Assembly (NCBI GenBank): GCA_012518075.1
Contig: JAAYTG010000025.1
Span: 1-43,947, forward strand
Source of the DNA: Clostridiales bacterium
GTDB lineage: Bacteria > Bacillota > Clostridia > Caldicoprobacterales > UBA3941
Direction of reading: 5' to 3'
Length of the DNA: 43,947 bases
Part shown: positions 36,001 to 43,570 of the stretch, piece after piece
How the letters are laid out: each line of letters begins with the position of its first letter
Position numbering within the stretch: position 1 is the stretch's first letter
The notes under the pieces: model-generated
Told to the model about the DNA's origin: nothing
Databases searched by the model: none
The model's input: only the letters and a program-made list of their open reading frames with translations
Position numbers and translations under genes: made by a program

Positions 36001-38612
36001 AAGTAGGCCTGATGAGCAAGAAAAACAAAAGTCAGTATTATCTGCATTGCCAAATTTTTAGTATCATGGAGTATGTCAATCGGGGACTGCTTGTAGGATC
36101 CCATTCTACCGATCAAAGAACTCACTAGATCCATCAGTAATGGCAATGCCAAAGTAATAGAGAATATGCCTAGCCAAAACCAATCGGATCTTGGCAATAC
36201 TGTCAAGCCGAGGGTTAATAATAGAAATAGTGATGGTGATAATAGACTCCTTCGTAAATTATCGAATACTTTCCATTTAGACATGATTGTCAAAGGGTTA
36301 TTTACTTTTTCCTTCTTAAAGTTGAACACACGCGAAGACATCCATGGGATAAGTTGCCAATCTCCCCTTACCCACCTATGGAGTCTCATGGCGTAGGAAA
36401 TATAGTTAGAGGGGTAGCCATCTATCAACTGGATATCAGTGACCAATCCCGCTCTGATATAGGAGCCCTCCAATAGATCATGGCTTAATACACTATTTTC
36501 AGGGATAGCCTCCCTTAGCACATCATTAAAGACATCTACATCATAAATGCCTTTTCCAGTAAAAATCCCTTCACAAAATAGATCTTGATAGACATCAGAA
36601 ACGGCAGTAGTATAGGGATCTACCCCAGTTTGTCCTGAAAAAGTCAAGGCAAATGAAGAGCGACTAGCACTATCCACTGCTACTTCAATTCTAGGCTGTA
36701 ATAATCCATAGCCTTCTACTACCCTATTTAAAGATTCATCTACTATAGGACGATTTAAAGGATGAGCAAGGGTACCAATGAGACGCTTGGCTGCATCTCT
36801 TGGAAGATTGGTATCAGCATCCAAAGTAATAACATACTTTACTTTTGGCAAAATGGAAAGATCACCAACTTGTGTTGAAAAGTGTGTATTATCATTGCCT
36901 CTTAGAAGACTGGTAAATTCAACTAGAGCTCCTCTTTTTCTCTCCCAACCCATCCATGATTCCTGAGCTTCATTCCATTGTCTATGACGATGAAAGAAGT
37001 AGAAAATACCCTCACCATTACGCTGATATCTTTGGTTCAACTCATTTACAGCTTTGCCTGCTGCATTTATTATGGCCTCATCATCAGCTTCTCTTTCATT
37101 CTTCGAATCTTTAAAGTCTCCCAGCAAAGCAAAATGAATATTCTCTTCTTGGTTTGCTAAATAGAACACCTCCATTTGTTCTATAAGTTCCCATACCCTC
37201 TTTTCGCTGGATAAGAGAGTGGGTATGACCACCATGGTACGGTATTCTTCTGGTATCCCATCTTTTAATTCCAGTTTCGCCAAATAACATGGTGATATAA
37301 GCCTGGGAACAATCCAATGCATTAATCCTACTGTCAAGCTGATAACAGGAACCAGGAGAACAATTCCTGACAGTATTAATAAAAGTATACTTTGCTCAGG
37401 ATCCAATTTGTATAGGTAATTTATCATAAGACTCATAGTTACAAGAACAATTAATCCAATTGAGCCTAAATAAAAACTGGTAGAATAATCCTTAAGGAAT
37501 CCATTGCTTCCAGATTTATCCCCTAACTGAGCTTTAAGCTGGGGTCTACCATCCCCCACCAAATAATAACCCACATGCCCTTTTCTTATATCCTCTTCTG
37601 ACGAGGCCATTGCTTTGGAGGCACATTCAATGGCTATTTCAGCTACTTCAAACTCACTAACTTTATATTTTTTCGCCACCTTGACAAGTTCATTCCTATA
37701 ATAATTCCGGGAAGCAAATTCCATTTGAGGATAAAAACCTGAAGGGTCTTCATTTAGAATTTCTTCTAATAGGCTTAAATACTCAAAGAAATCTTCCCAT
37801 CTAATGGATAAGAGATGTTTTAGGCTGATAATGGAATTCCCTATGGAAACTTGGTAAGAAGCCTGTATTTGATGTTCCTCCTGTATAATTTCATCAATAT
37901 TTGTACCTTGTAGGGCAAGCTTTCCATCCAGCCAAGTCATCAAAGATGCGCTTTTATTTCCACTATTGCGAAAAGTCCGCAACATGGCTTCTGTATAGGA
38001 AGGGGACATATAGCCATGAATTCTATCGTGTTCCATAATAAGTCCTTGTAACTTATCCTTTGAACTGTCTATCTTTTGCAGAAGTAAGGTCCCCCATTTA
38101 TGTCCGTCATTCTTTTCTTTTTGCAATTTTGCAATATGTACTGCAATGCTTCTAATTTTCTTGATTAGGGCAATTTTGATCATTAAAGGAACAACCCATA
38201 ATTCACCACTATTTAGGGGAGTGATAGATTGGTATTCTTTCAAGAAATCAATTAGGATCTTCTCGTCCAATTGTCCGTTATTATAAACAACAATTTCCTC
38301 AGCGATAGCGTAAATCCTAGGTATTCCTGAGTCAAGCATGGGTAGTTCTCGCATATTATTAGGAAGTTGCTGTTGGATTTGCTTAGATTGCTCTTCCACC
38401 ATATAAAAGTTGTCCAATAACCATTCTGCTGCAGGTATCACCTTTTGTTTGGCCTTAACCTGCTCATTAATCTTTTTGTAGGCATCAAGTAAAACTTGAC
38501 TATTCCTCTCAATATCTAGTAAGTCCCGTCTTACTGATCTTTTGTATTCCACTTTTTTATGTTTATCGGCTAGATACTTTGCCTGAGAATAGAGATCGTG
38601 TTTTTCTGTCAT
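30024..38612 (-). CDS. cgs: Cyclic beta-1,2-glucan synthase-type giant membrane enzyme (GT84 glycosyltransferase, large middle region, C-terminal GH94 phosphorylase-like domain).
   Basis: 2,862 aa. The proteobacterial Cgs/ChvB/NdvB proteins are, as I recall, ~2,830-2,870 aa. N-terminal AAEWLLDNFY. TM pairs flank a GT domain with ITLDADT (DxD), LLQPR and HRWVRGDWQ. Four further TM helices follow. The C-terminus has FGFRDQLQD, GGGDWNDGM and ENGGQYTHAA, which are typical of GH94. ATG at 38612 with GGGGAGG 6 nt upstream. Confidence 0.85.
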   Translation of the reverse strand: MTEKHDLYSQAKYLADKHKKVEYKRSVRRDLLDIERNSQVLLDAYKKINEQVKAKQKVIPAAEWLLDNFYMVEEQSKQIQQQLPNNMRELPMLDSGIPRIYAIAEEIVVYNNGQLDEKILIDFLKEYQSITPLNSGELWVVPLMIKIALIKKIRSIAVHIAKLQKEKNDGHKWGTLLLQKIDSSKDKLQGLIMEHDRIHGYMSPSYTEAMLRTFRNSGNKSASLMTWLDGKLALQGTNIDEIIQEEHQIQASYQVSIGNSIISLKHLLSIRWEDFFEYLSLLEEILNEDPSGFYPQMEFASRNYYRNELVKVAKKYKVSEFEVAEIAIECASKAMASSEEDIRKGHVGYYLVGDGRPQLKAQLGDKSGSNGFLKDYSTSFYLGSIGLIVLVTMSLMINYLYKLDPEQSILLLILSGIVLLVPVISLTVGLMHWIVPRLISPCYLAKLELKDGIPEEYRTMVVIPTLLSSEKRVWELIEQMEVFYLANQEENIHFALLGDFKDSKNEREADDEAIINAAGKAVNELNQRYQRNGEGIFYFFHRHRQWNEAQESWMGWERKRGALVEFTSLLRGNDNTHFSTQVGDLSILPKVKYVITLDADTNLPRDAAKRLIGTLAHPLNRPIVDESLNRVVEGYGLLQPRIEVAVDSASRSSFALTFSGQTGVDPYTTAVSDVYQDLFCEGIFTGKGIYDVDVFNDVLREAIPENSVLSHDLLEGSYIRAGLVTDIQLIDGYPSNYISYAMRLHRWVRGDWQLIPWMSSRVFNFKKEKVNNPLTIMSKWKVFDNLRRSLLSPSLFLLLTLGLTVLPRSDWFWLGIFSITLALPLLMDLVSSLIGRMGSYKQSPIDILHDTKNLAMQIILTFVFLAHQAYLMTDAIVRTLVRVFFTRKNLLEWVTAADTDRRFKGSLEDYWKKMLPAMIVAVGFFIWVVLLRSSSLLIPLTISIIWLLSPLIAHRISQPKYKETPELSEEQIHKLRMIGRNTWKYFDEFVSSQDNWLPPDNYQEEPKIGLAHRTSPTNIGIALVATLSARDLGYISSSNVLDRLENTFKSLRKLETWKGHFYNWYDTLTLQPLKPRYVSSVDSGNLACYLILLKQGINELLSRPLIGREMILGLKDSIILDFEKKGRSIPSLIRMLEARETVTLTEWKLTLNQLDEIGDYTDRQIEEFKNEIEEVAPWVDLLLETPKSILGENGLSEEIKENFHKLMDSLNRDFSFKRILDDYNDILDNLSKVILSLRRTRPSEKQYQEITSWLKQLEIALGESHMEARKIAKRIKRLVAWIEEIFHKMDFGALYDEKKELFSIGYDIEADELQDVHYDLLASEARQTSFIAIAKGDIPQKHWFKLARSLTLVGDSRCLLSWGGTMFEYLMPLLIMKNYNNTLWNETYQTVIKGQKQYGDQRHVPWGVSESAFYAFDLKLNYQYKAFGVPKLGLKTGLIKDIVVSPYASIMALTIDPLATMKNIENLVAEGMQGNYGMYESIDYTPERVPHKRKSMIVKTYMVHHQGMIFLALNNYLNNNIMQERFHALPMVKATELLLQERIPQKEILIKDYKADHEIMDIDTEKKSFHEIQARHIIDTAHTPIPEVCVLSNNFYSTIVTNSGGGFSQYKGLGINRWREDVTRDNWGMFFYIKNLNSNHYWSSAYQPCLDAGEKYEVVFEADKAIFSRKDGNIETKTEVVVSPEHNVEIRKISLSNHSKHNRVLEVTSYFEPILAFQQDDGAHPAFVNLFVETEFVEEHDILLMTRRPRRKEQKQMWLAHCLVTEGNAVSTIQYETDRAKFIGRGRNLSNPRAMDSDQPLSNTIGAVLDSIMSLRQRVSIDPGEAAKLSYVVAIADTRDEAISLARDYQNRAVISRAFELAWTHSQVEMRYLNISSSEVNLYQKLLSYIIYTSPTRRSILESVENNKGQSGLWTYGISGDLPIVTIRVSAIDQLEIVKQMISIHEYWRLKGIYVDLVILNEYGNSYEQPVQEGIRELLTISHLRELQDKPGGVYLLSVSLMSEEDVNLLVYASRIIIDGQRGSLASQIESLDTEKDLPDIKEKEYDNLEEEFEYPVKKEPKLVFFNNIGGFSSDGREYVIRLTNNITTPMPWSNIVSNEEFGFLVTESGAGYTWYGNSRENKLTPWSNDPIVDPPGEAVYIRDEDTGVIWSITPGPIRSSGEYIIRHGQGYSVFEHDRKRLKQRQIMFVSPDQPIKYYHIQLDNNSQRTRRISLTFYVEWVCGVNPIPSNQFITTMEDKELNAIFALNPYNEEFQGKIAFIASNRSCAGITGDRTEFIGRNGSMETPLALKREALSGRVGSGLDPCGVIQVTLDIQPGQEEDVIFVLGQGENEEEIKSIIKDYTNVEEAHKALERVKKAWDDKLRTIEVTTPDESMNIMLNRWLLYQTLSSRIMARTGFYQAGGAFGFRDQLQDVLALVYSDPSRMKEQILLSSEHQFTEGDVQHWWHPPHRGIRTRITDDLLFLPYVTADYIMGTGDWSILDEKTHYLVDQPLREDEEDRYNTPGISEDTASIYEHCIRAIEKSLSFGQHGLPLMGGGDWNDGMDKVGIEGRGESVWLGWFLYTVLDRFIPICRQRNDLENAKRYLEVAEKLKEAINRNGWDGGWYRRAYFDDGTPLGSEQNEECQIDAISQSWAIISGAGDPSRTKIAIGAMENHLVRREEGIIQLLTPPFHKAALEPGYIKGYVPGVRENGGQYTHAAVWTILAKAMMGDGNKAWEFFNMINPINHSQTWIEINKYKVEPYVMAADVYTVEPHVGRGGWTWYTGSAAWMYRVGVEWILGLKLRDGRLHIDPCIPNHWEGFDMVYRYKSSIYRIRVDNPERVNRGVRKLWLDDVEVEDKSIMLTDKELEHKIRVILGTA

Positions 38613-38623
38613 TATATTCCTCC

Positions 38624-38736
38624 CCTTTGCATGGTAAGAATCTATTGCTTCTTAAAGTATCTTGAAAATATAAATTCTAAAAAGTCTTTGTTCTATTAAG
38701 TATTAGCAATTTCAACAGTTTGAATACATGCAAAGG
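38624..38736 (-). promoter_or_regulatory. Structured 5' leader/promoter region of cgs, bracketed by a perfect 10-nt inverted repeat.
   Basis: On the plus strand, CCTTTGCATG is at 38624-38633 and CATGCAAAGG is at 38727-38736. On the mRNA strand the proximal arm CATGCAAAGG runs directly into the SD (caaaGGGGAGG). Confidence 0.5.
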
Positions 38737-38743
38737 TAGGAAT

Positions 38744-38773
38744 GAGAAAATCCTCACTTTATCAAAGTGAGGA
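38744..38773 (-). terminator. Intrinsic terminator after the 292-aa membrane protein gene.
   Basis: The minus strand reads TCCTCACTTT-gata-AAGTGAGGA followed by TTTTCTC. The last codons and the stop of the ORF form the hairpin. Confidence 0.7.
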
Positions 38774-39632
38774 CTCTTTCATCGATGGGAACTAGGTATC
38801 CTAGGATTCCACCTACTAATATAGATATAATGCCACTAATATTCATAGGGCTGGTAATTCCACTTAATAAAGTAGTAAAAAAATTATTCATGCTTGTTCG
38901 AGGAATTCCATAGGCGCTAATCCTATCCGTTATATTCATTACAATGCTCATCCGTTGGACTATCCATAGTGCCATTAGGTCTATAGAAACTAACAATAAT
39001 CCAGTAGTAATAAGCCCTGCACTAATCCACAAGAGTAATTGCTTCCAGTCTGCCAGAGTCAAATACATTAATAGAATAATGACTAAACAAGTTGCACATA
39101 TTATCCATGGAAACCATGTCATGAAAGTAATTGCATTTCGGACTCCCCATAAAAGATCAACGGACATAAAATCTTCTAGATTGACTTCATCGGGCAGAGG
39201 GTCAAACCAAAACTGCACTAATCTAGTTCTCTCTTGATAGGATCTACTATCGTCCAAAATGTCTACTACTTGTTTTTTTAGATCATGGAAAGGGATAGTA
39301 GGGGTGTCACTTCTTCTTCCTTTTGCAAAGACATAAAAATTGTCTAATAAGTTATTAATGTTCTCTTCTAGCCAGTCTTCAGATATTGCTTTATCCAGGT
39401 AGGGTATACTATCCTGTCCATTAGGTAAGCTTTTATTAACCATTCGGAACATAAGCTGCCGTACCTGGGCATATGCTCCCTGACTTTTTAATATTTTTAC
39501 TAAAAATGTTGGCTGAAGAATAGTCCTATTCAGTATAAACCCCAAATAAATACCTAGGAGGTTTATAGTAAAAAGTACTAATAGGACAGCCAAAGCTAAC
39601 ATCCTAAAACACTGCATCTTTGTTGTATACAA
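38754..39632 (-). CDS. Hypothetical membrane protein: N-terminal TM helix, ~150-aa extracytoplasmic region, C-terminal TM bundle.
   Basis: 292 aa. TTG start with GGGGGA 10 nt upstream. No family recognised. Confidence 0.55.
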   Translation of the reverse strand: MYTTKMQCFRMLALAVLLVLFTINLLGIYLGFILNRTILQPTFLVKILKSQGAYAQVRQLMFRMVNKSLPNGQDSIPYLDKAISEDWLEENINNLLDNFYVFAKGRRSDTPTIPFHDLKKQVVDILDDSRSYQERTRLVQFWFDPLPDEVNLEDFMSVDLLWGVRNAITFMTWFPWIICATCLVIILLMYLTLADWKQLLLWISAGLITTGLLLVSIDLMALWIVQRMSIVMNITDRISAYGIPRTSMNNFFTTLLSGITSPMNISGIISILVGGILGYLVPIDERVLTLIK

Positions 39633-39639
39633 GACTAGA

Positions 39640-40446
39640 TCATCCCCCTAGTATCTCCTTCACAATATTGATAAAATGAGAAAATGCTATAGCCGGCTCT
39701 TCCAAATCGTAATACCATCTTTTTACCCATTCTAATGATATGTAATTGCTGTATGAAGCTTCCTTCAAAATGTTGAGTGCCTGCTTTACAGGGATGTCGC
39801 CCTGACCCAATAGGCAATATTTATTTTTTCCATCAAGAAAAATGGAGTCCTTAATATGAACATGGCGTATGTATTCTTTGAGTCTTGAATAGGTTTCCTC
39901 TACTGGTTCATTATAATATCTATAAGGATGATGTATGTCCCACAAAACACCTATCCAAGGATGATTCACTTCCAACATTAAATCTAGCATTACCTTAGAG
40001 TCTGCATAGACCCCATTGCTCTCAATAAGAACCGTAACCTGTCTATCTTTAGCGTAATTTCCCAATTCAAGCAACATTTGAGCCACCTGTGCTTTATTTA
40101 CATTTTGATCTGGTTGTGGATCCCTATCTCCTAATACTCTAATATAGGGAACACCCAAATTAGCAGCTGCATCAATATACTCCTTGCCCTCTTTTAGATA
40201 TCTATCTTGATTTTCATCAAATAAAAAGCAGGATGAAGTTAAGCATGAAATGTCAAGCCCTGTTCTTTTTAATTCTTTTTTCGTGGATTCAATATTTTCA
40301 GGCAAGAAAGGATCTAGTTTGGGAACATAAACCTCTTTTTCTATTCCTCTTATTTCAATCCCATCGTATCCTAAATCCTTGGCAGCAACCAGAATCTCCT
40401 TCCATGGCCACTCAGGGCATCCTAGGGTGGAAAAACTAATCTTCAT
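39640..40446 (-). CDS. Sugar phosphate isomerase/epimerase (xylose isomerase-like TIM barrel, AP_endonuc_2 family).
   Basis: 268 aa. MKISFSTLGCPEW...GYDGIEIR...HVHIKD pattern. SD AGGGGG 7 nt upstream of the ATG at 40446. Confidence 0.75.
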   Translation of the reverse strand: MKISFSTLGCPEWPWKEILVAAKDLGYDGIEIRGIEKEVYVPKLDPFLPENIESTKKELKRTGLDISCLTSSCFLFDENQDRYLKEGKEYIDAAANLGVPYIRVLGDRDPQPDQNVNKAQVAQMLLELGNYAKDRQVTVLIESNGVYADSKVMLDLMLEVNHPWIGVLWDIHHPYRYYNEPVEETYSRLKEYIRHVHIKDSIFLDGKNKYCLLGQGDIPVKQALNILKEASYSNYISLEWVKRWYYDLEEPAIAFSHFINIVKEILGG

Positions 40447-40511
40447 AAATTTACCCCCTATCTAGTATTTCTATCATTTTATCATTAATACATTATCTTT
40501 AAAAGGATTTG

Positions 40512-40540
40512 TTGATTATTAAGCTAAAATGAACTATAAT
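40512..40540 (+). promoter_or_regulatory. Sigma-A-type promoter of ychF (TTGATT-17-TATAAT).
   Basis: TTGATT at 40512-40517, 17-nt spacer, TATAAT at 40535-40540. Confidence 0.65.
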
Positions 40541-40589
40541 TCATAACTGGATTTGTTTATAGTAATTTATGTCGTTTGGAGGAAAGACA

Positions 40590-41687
40590 ATGAAGTTAGG
40601 TATTGTAGGACTACCCAATGTTGGCAAAAGTACCCTTTTTAATGCTATTACCAAGGCTGGAGCCGATTCCGCCAATTATCCCTTTTGTACTATAGAACCC
40701 AATGTTGGTGTGGTCTCAGTTCCAGATGAGCGTCTGGGAAAGCTTAGAGTAATATATAACAGTGAAAGAACTGTTCCAACAACCATCGAGTTTGTTGACA
40801 TAGCCGGATTAGTTCGGGGAGCTAGTCGAGGCGAAGGATTGGGTAATAAATTCTTATCTCATATCCGTGAGGTGGATGCCGTTGTTCATGTGGTTCGCTG
40901 CTTTGAAGATGAAAACATCACCCATGTGGATGGGGATATAGACCCTATAAGGGATATTGAAACCATCAATCTTGAGCTAATTTTTGCTGATTTAGATAGC
41001 TTGGAAAAAAGAATAATACGAACTCAAAAGATGGTCAAAACTGGAGAGAAACGCTATAAGGAAGAGTTAGCCCTTCTAGAAAAAATAAAAATCGGCTTGG
41101 AAAACAATATTCCCATTCGAAATATGGAGTTTGATAAAGATGAAAGAGTGATTGTGAAGGATCTCTTTCTATTAACCAGCAAACCGGTAATATATGCTGC
41201 AAACATTTCAGAAGAGGATATTGGCAAAGACTATAAAAACATCCCTATGGCAAAAAAGCTAGTGGATTTTGCTTCTAAAGAAGATTCTGAAGTGCTAGTG
41301 ATATGTTCCAAGATTGAAGAGGAAATTGCCCAGCTAGATGCTGATGAGAGAAATATGTTTTTGAAGGAACTGGGCCTGGAGGAGTCAGGACTGGATCGTT
41401 TAATAAAAGCCTGTTATAGACTTCTGGGGCTTATTAGTTTTTTAACTGTTGGTCCCACTGAGGTAAGGGCATGGACTATAGTAGAAGGAACAAAGGCGCC
41501 TCAAGCGGCGGGTAAGATCCATACTGACTTTGAAAAAGGGTTCATACGAGCTGAAACCATAGCCTATGATGAACTAATTAAATTAGGATCCTACAACGCA
41601 GCCAAAGAAAATGGCTTAGTGCGGTCTGAGGGTAAGGATTATACGGTAAAGGATGGGGATGTAATTCTATTCCGCTTTAATGTGTAA
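40590..41687 (+). CDS. ychF: Ribosome-binding ATPase YchF (OLA1 family).
   Basis: ATG at 40590 with GGAGG 7 nt upstream; the ORF-track start is 40569. MKLGIVGLPNVGKSTLFNA, DIAGLV and a C-terminal TGS-like domain (GDVILFRFNV). Confidence 0.95.
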   Translation: MKLGIVGLPNVGKSTLFNAITKAGADSANYPFCTIEPNVGVVSVPDERLGKLRVIYNSERTVPTTIEFVDIAGLVRGASRGEGLGNKFLSHIREVDAVVHVVRCFEDENITHVDGDIDPIRDIETINLELIFADLDSLEKRIIRTQKMVKTGEKRYKEELALLEKIKIGLENNIPIRNMEFDKDERVIVKDLFLLTSKPVIYAANISEEDIGKDYKNIPMAKKLVDFASKEDSEVLVICSKIEEEIAQLDADERNMFLKELGLEESGLDRLIKACYRLLGLISFLTVGPTEVRAWTIVEGTKAPQAAGKIHTDFEKGFIRAETIAYDELIKLGSYNAAKENGLVRSEGKDYTVKDGDVILFRFNV

Positions 41688-41702
41688 TGAATTAACCCAA
41701 TT

Positions 41703-41740
41703 AAAATGCAGGTGCCTCTTTAATTGGCACCTGCATTTTT
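41703..41740. terminator. Bidirectional intrinsic terminator between ychF and pepF.
   Basis: AAAATGCAGGTGCC-tctttaatt-GGCACCTGCATTTT. The stem is 10+ bp and is flanked by A and T runs. Confidence 0.9.
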
Positions 41741-41755
41741 CACATCTTTTTACCT

Positions 41756-43564
41756 CTAAATCAATTGCTCCATTTTTCCCACTAAAGTAGCAAAAGTTTC
41801 CAAGGCTTGGTCTACTGGCTCAGGCGAAGTCATATCTACTCCAGCTTTTTTCAAGAGCTCGATAGGATAATCTGATCCACCACTGGATAAGAAATCTAGA
41901 TAACGCTCTACCGCCGGCTGTCCTTGGTCTAAAATTTGTCTTGCTAAAGCTGCTGCTGCAGCAAAGCCAGTAGCATACTTATATACATAAAATGATGAAT
42001 AAAAGTGAGGGATTCTTGCCCATTCTAATGCTATCTCTTCATCGATTACCATCTCAGGCCCATAATACTTAAGGTTTAAGTTATAGTAGATCTCAGACAA
42101 ACTGTCCACCGTTAATGGTTCTCCTCTTTCAGCCATGCTATGTACTATCCTTTCAAACTCTGAAAACATGGTTTGCCGGTATACAGTGCCCCTAAACTGC
42201 TCTAAGTAGTGGTTGAGCACATATGCTTTTTGTTGATCATCTTCAAGGGTTTCTAGGAGGTAGTTTGTCAATAAAATCTCATTCAATGTTGAGGCTACTT
42301 CAGCAACAAATATCTTATAGTTAGCGGATATATATGGTTGCTTTTTGTTTGACAGGTAGCTGTGGATAGCATGACCCATCTCATGAGCTAAGGTAAACAC
42401 ATTATTGACATTTTCTTGGTAATTAAGTAATACATAAGGATGGGTATCATAGCAGCCCCATGAGTAGGCTCCGCTAGTCTTGCCTTGATTTTCTAATACA
42501 TCAATCCATCCACTATTGTAGCCTTCCTTTAAAATGTTGAGATACTTATCACCTAAAGGCTCGAGACCCTTAGCAACCATCTCCTTTGCCTGACTATAGG
42601 GAATCTGCATCTCTATATCCTGGATAATAGGGACATACAGGTCATACATATGAAGTTCATCTAGCTTTAAGGCCTTTTTGCGAATGGATACATATCTATG
42701 AAGTGCATCCATGTTTTCTTCTACAGCCTTAATTAGATTATCATATACGCTTATAGGAATATTATCTCCATGAAGGGCCATTTCTAGAGTAGAGGGATAA
42801 TTCCGTATCTTGCTAAAGAAAAGATCTTTCTTAATAGAATAGTTAAAGGTTGTTGCTATAGTATTCTTTTGCTTGCCGTATGTCTCATATAAGGCCTTAA
42901 AGGCTTGCTTTCTAACCTTCCGTTCCTTGCTCTCCAGAAACTGTATATATCTTCCATGGGTTAGCTCCACTTCTTGTCCATCTTCGTTAGTGATATAGGG
43001 GAAGCGCATATCTGCATCGTTAACCATACTAAATATATCTCCAGGCGCATTAGCCACTTCTCCGGCCATAGCCAGGATTTTCTCTTCCTTTTCGGACAGA
43101 ATATGCTTTTTCTTTCTCATTAAATCCCCTAAAAAATGCTTGTAAGATTTCAATCCTTCTAAAGTGCTTATATATTCATTAAGTTTTTCTTCAGAGATTT
43201 CTAATATTTCGGGCACTAAAAAGGATATAGCACTATCATATTCTACCGCAAGTCCCTGGGCACGATCTAACAGGCCCTGGCTTTTGGTATTAGCATTATC
43301 CTGATCTTTTAGCATATGAGCATATACAAAGAGCTTCTCTACTTTCTCCATCAGACCTATATATATATTTAGTCCATGCAATAGGTCTTCTGCCGAGTTT
43401 GTTAATCTCCCCCTATATTCTTCTAAGGCAGGCAGATGTTCTTTTACCCATTTGTAATCCTCTTCCCATTTATTGATAGATGGATACATATCCTCTAGTC
43501 TCCATTTAAATTCACTGGGAATCTCATCTCTTTTTGGAAGCTTTCCTGCATTTGATTTCTTCAT
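41756..43564 (-). CDS. pepF: Oligoendopeptidase F (M3B metallopeptidase).
   Basis: 602 aa. HEMGH zinc motif, and the N-terminal LPKRDEIPSEFKWRLEDMYPS typical of PepF. Confidence 0.93.
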   Translation of the reverse strand: MKKSNAGKLPKRDEIPSEFKWRLEDMYPSINKWEEDYKWVKEHLPALEEYRGRLTNSAEDLLHGLNIYIGLMEKVEKLFVYAHMLKDQDNANTKSQGLLDRAQGLAVEYDSAISFLVPEILEISEEKLNEYISTLEGLKSYKHFLGDLMRKKKHILSEKEEKILAMAGEVANAPGDIFSMVNDADMRFPYITNEDGQEVELTHGRYIQFLESKERKVRKQAFKALYETYGKQKNTIATTFNYSIKKDLFFSKIRNYPSTLEMALHGDNIPISVYDNLIKAVEENMDALHRYVSIRKKALKLDELHMYDLYVPIIQDIEMQIPYSQAKEMVAKGLEPLGDKYLNILKEGYNSGWIDVLENQGKTSGAYSWGCYDTHPYVLLNYQENVNNVFTLAHEMGHAIHSYLSNKKQPYISANYKIFVAEVASTLNEILLTNYLLETLEDDQQKAYVLNHYLEQFRGTVYRQTMFSEFERIVHSMAERGEPLTVDSLSEIYYNLNLKYYGPEMVIDEEIALEWARIPHFYSSFYVYKYATGFAAAAALARQILDQGQPAVERYLDFLSSGGSDYPIELLKKAGVDMTSPEPVDQALETFATLVGKMEQLI

Positions 43565-43570
43565 GTGTAT

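Noticed and set aside
37111-37317. 68-aa minus-strand ORF inside cgs in an alternative frame.
   Set aside because: It is nested within the continuous 2,862-aa frame, whose motifs continue on both sides. There is no sign of a frameshift or a split gene.
39635-39817. 60-aa minus-strand ORF overlapping the 3' end of the TIM-barrel gene in another frame.
   Set aside because: It is fully nested in a better-supported CDS, has no SD, and no family was recognised.
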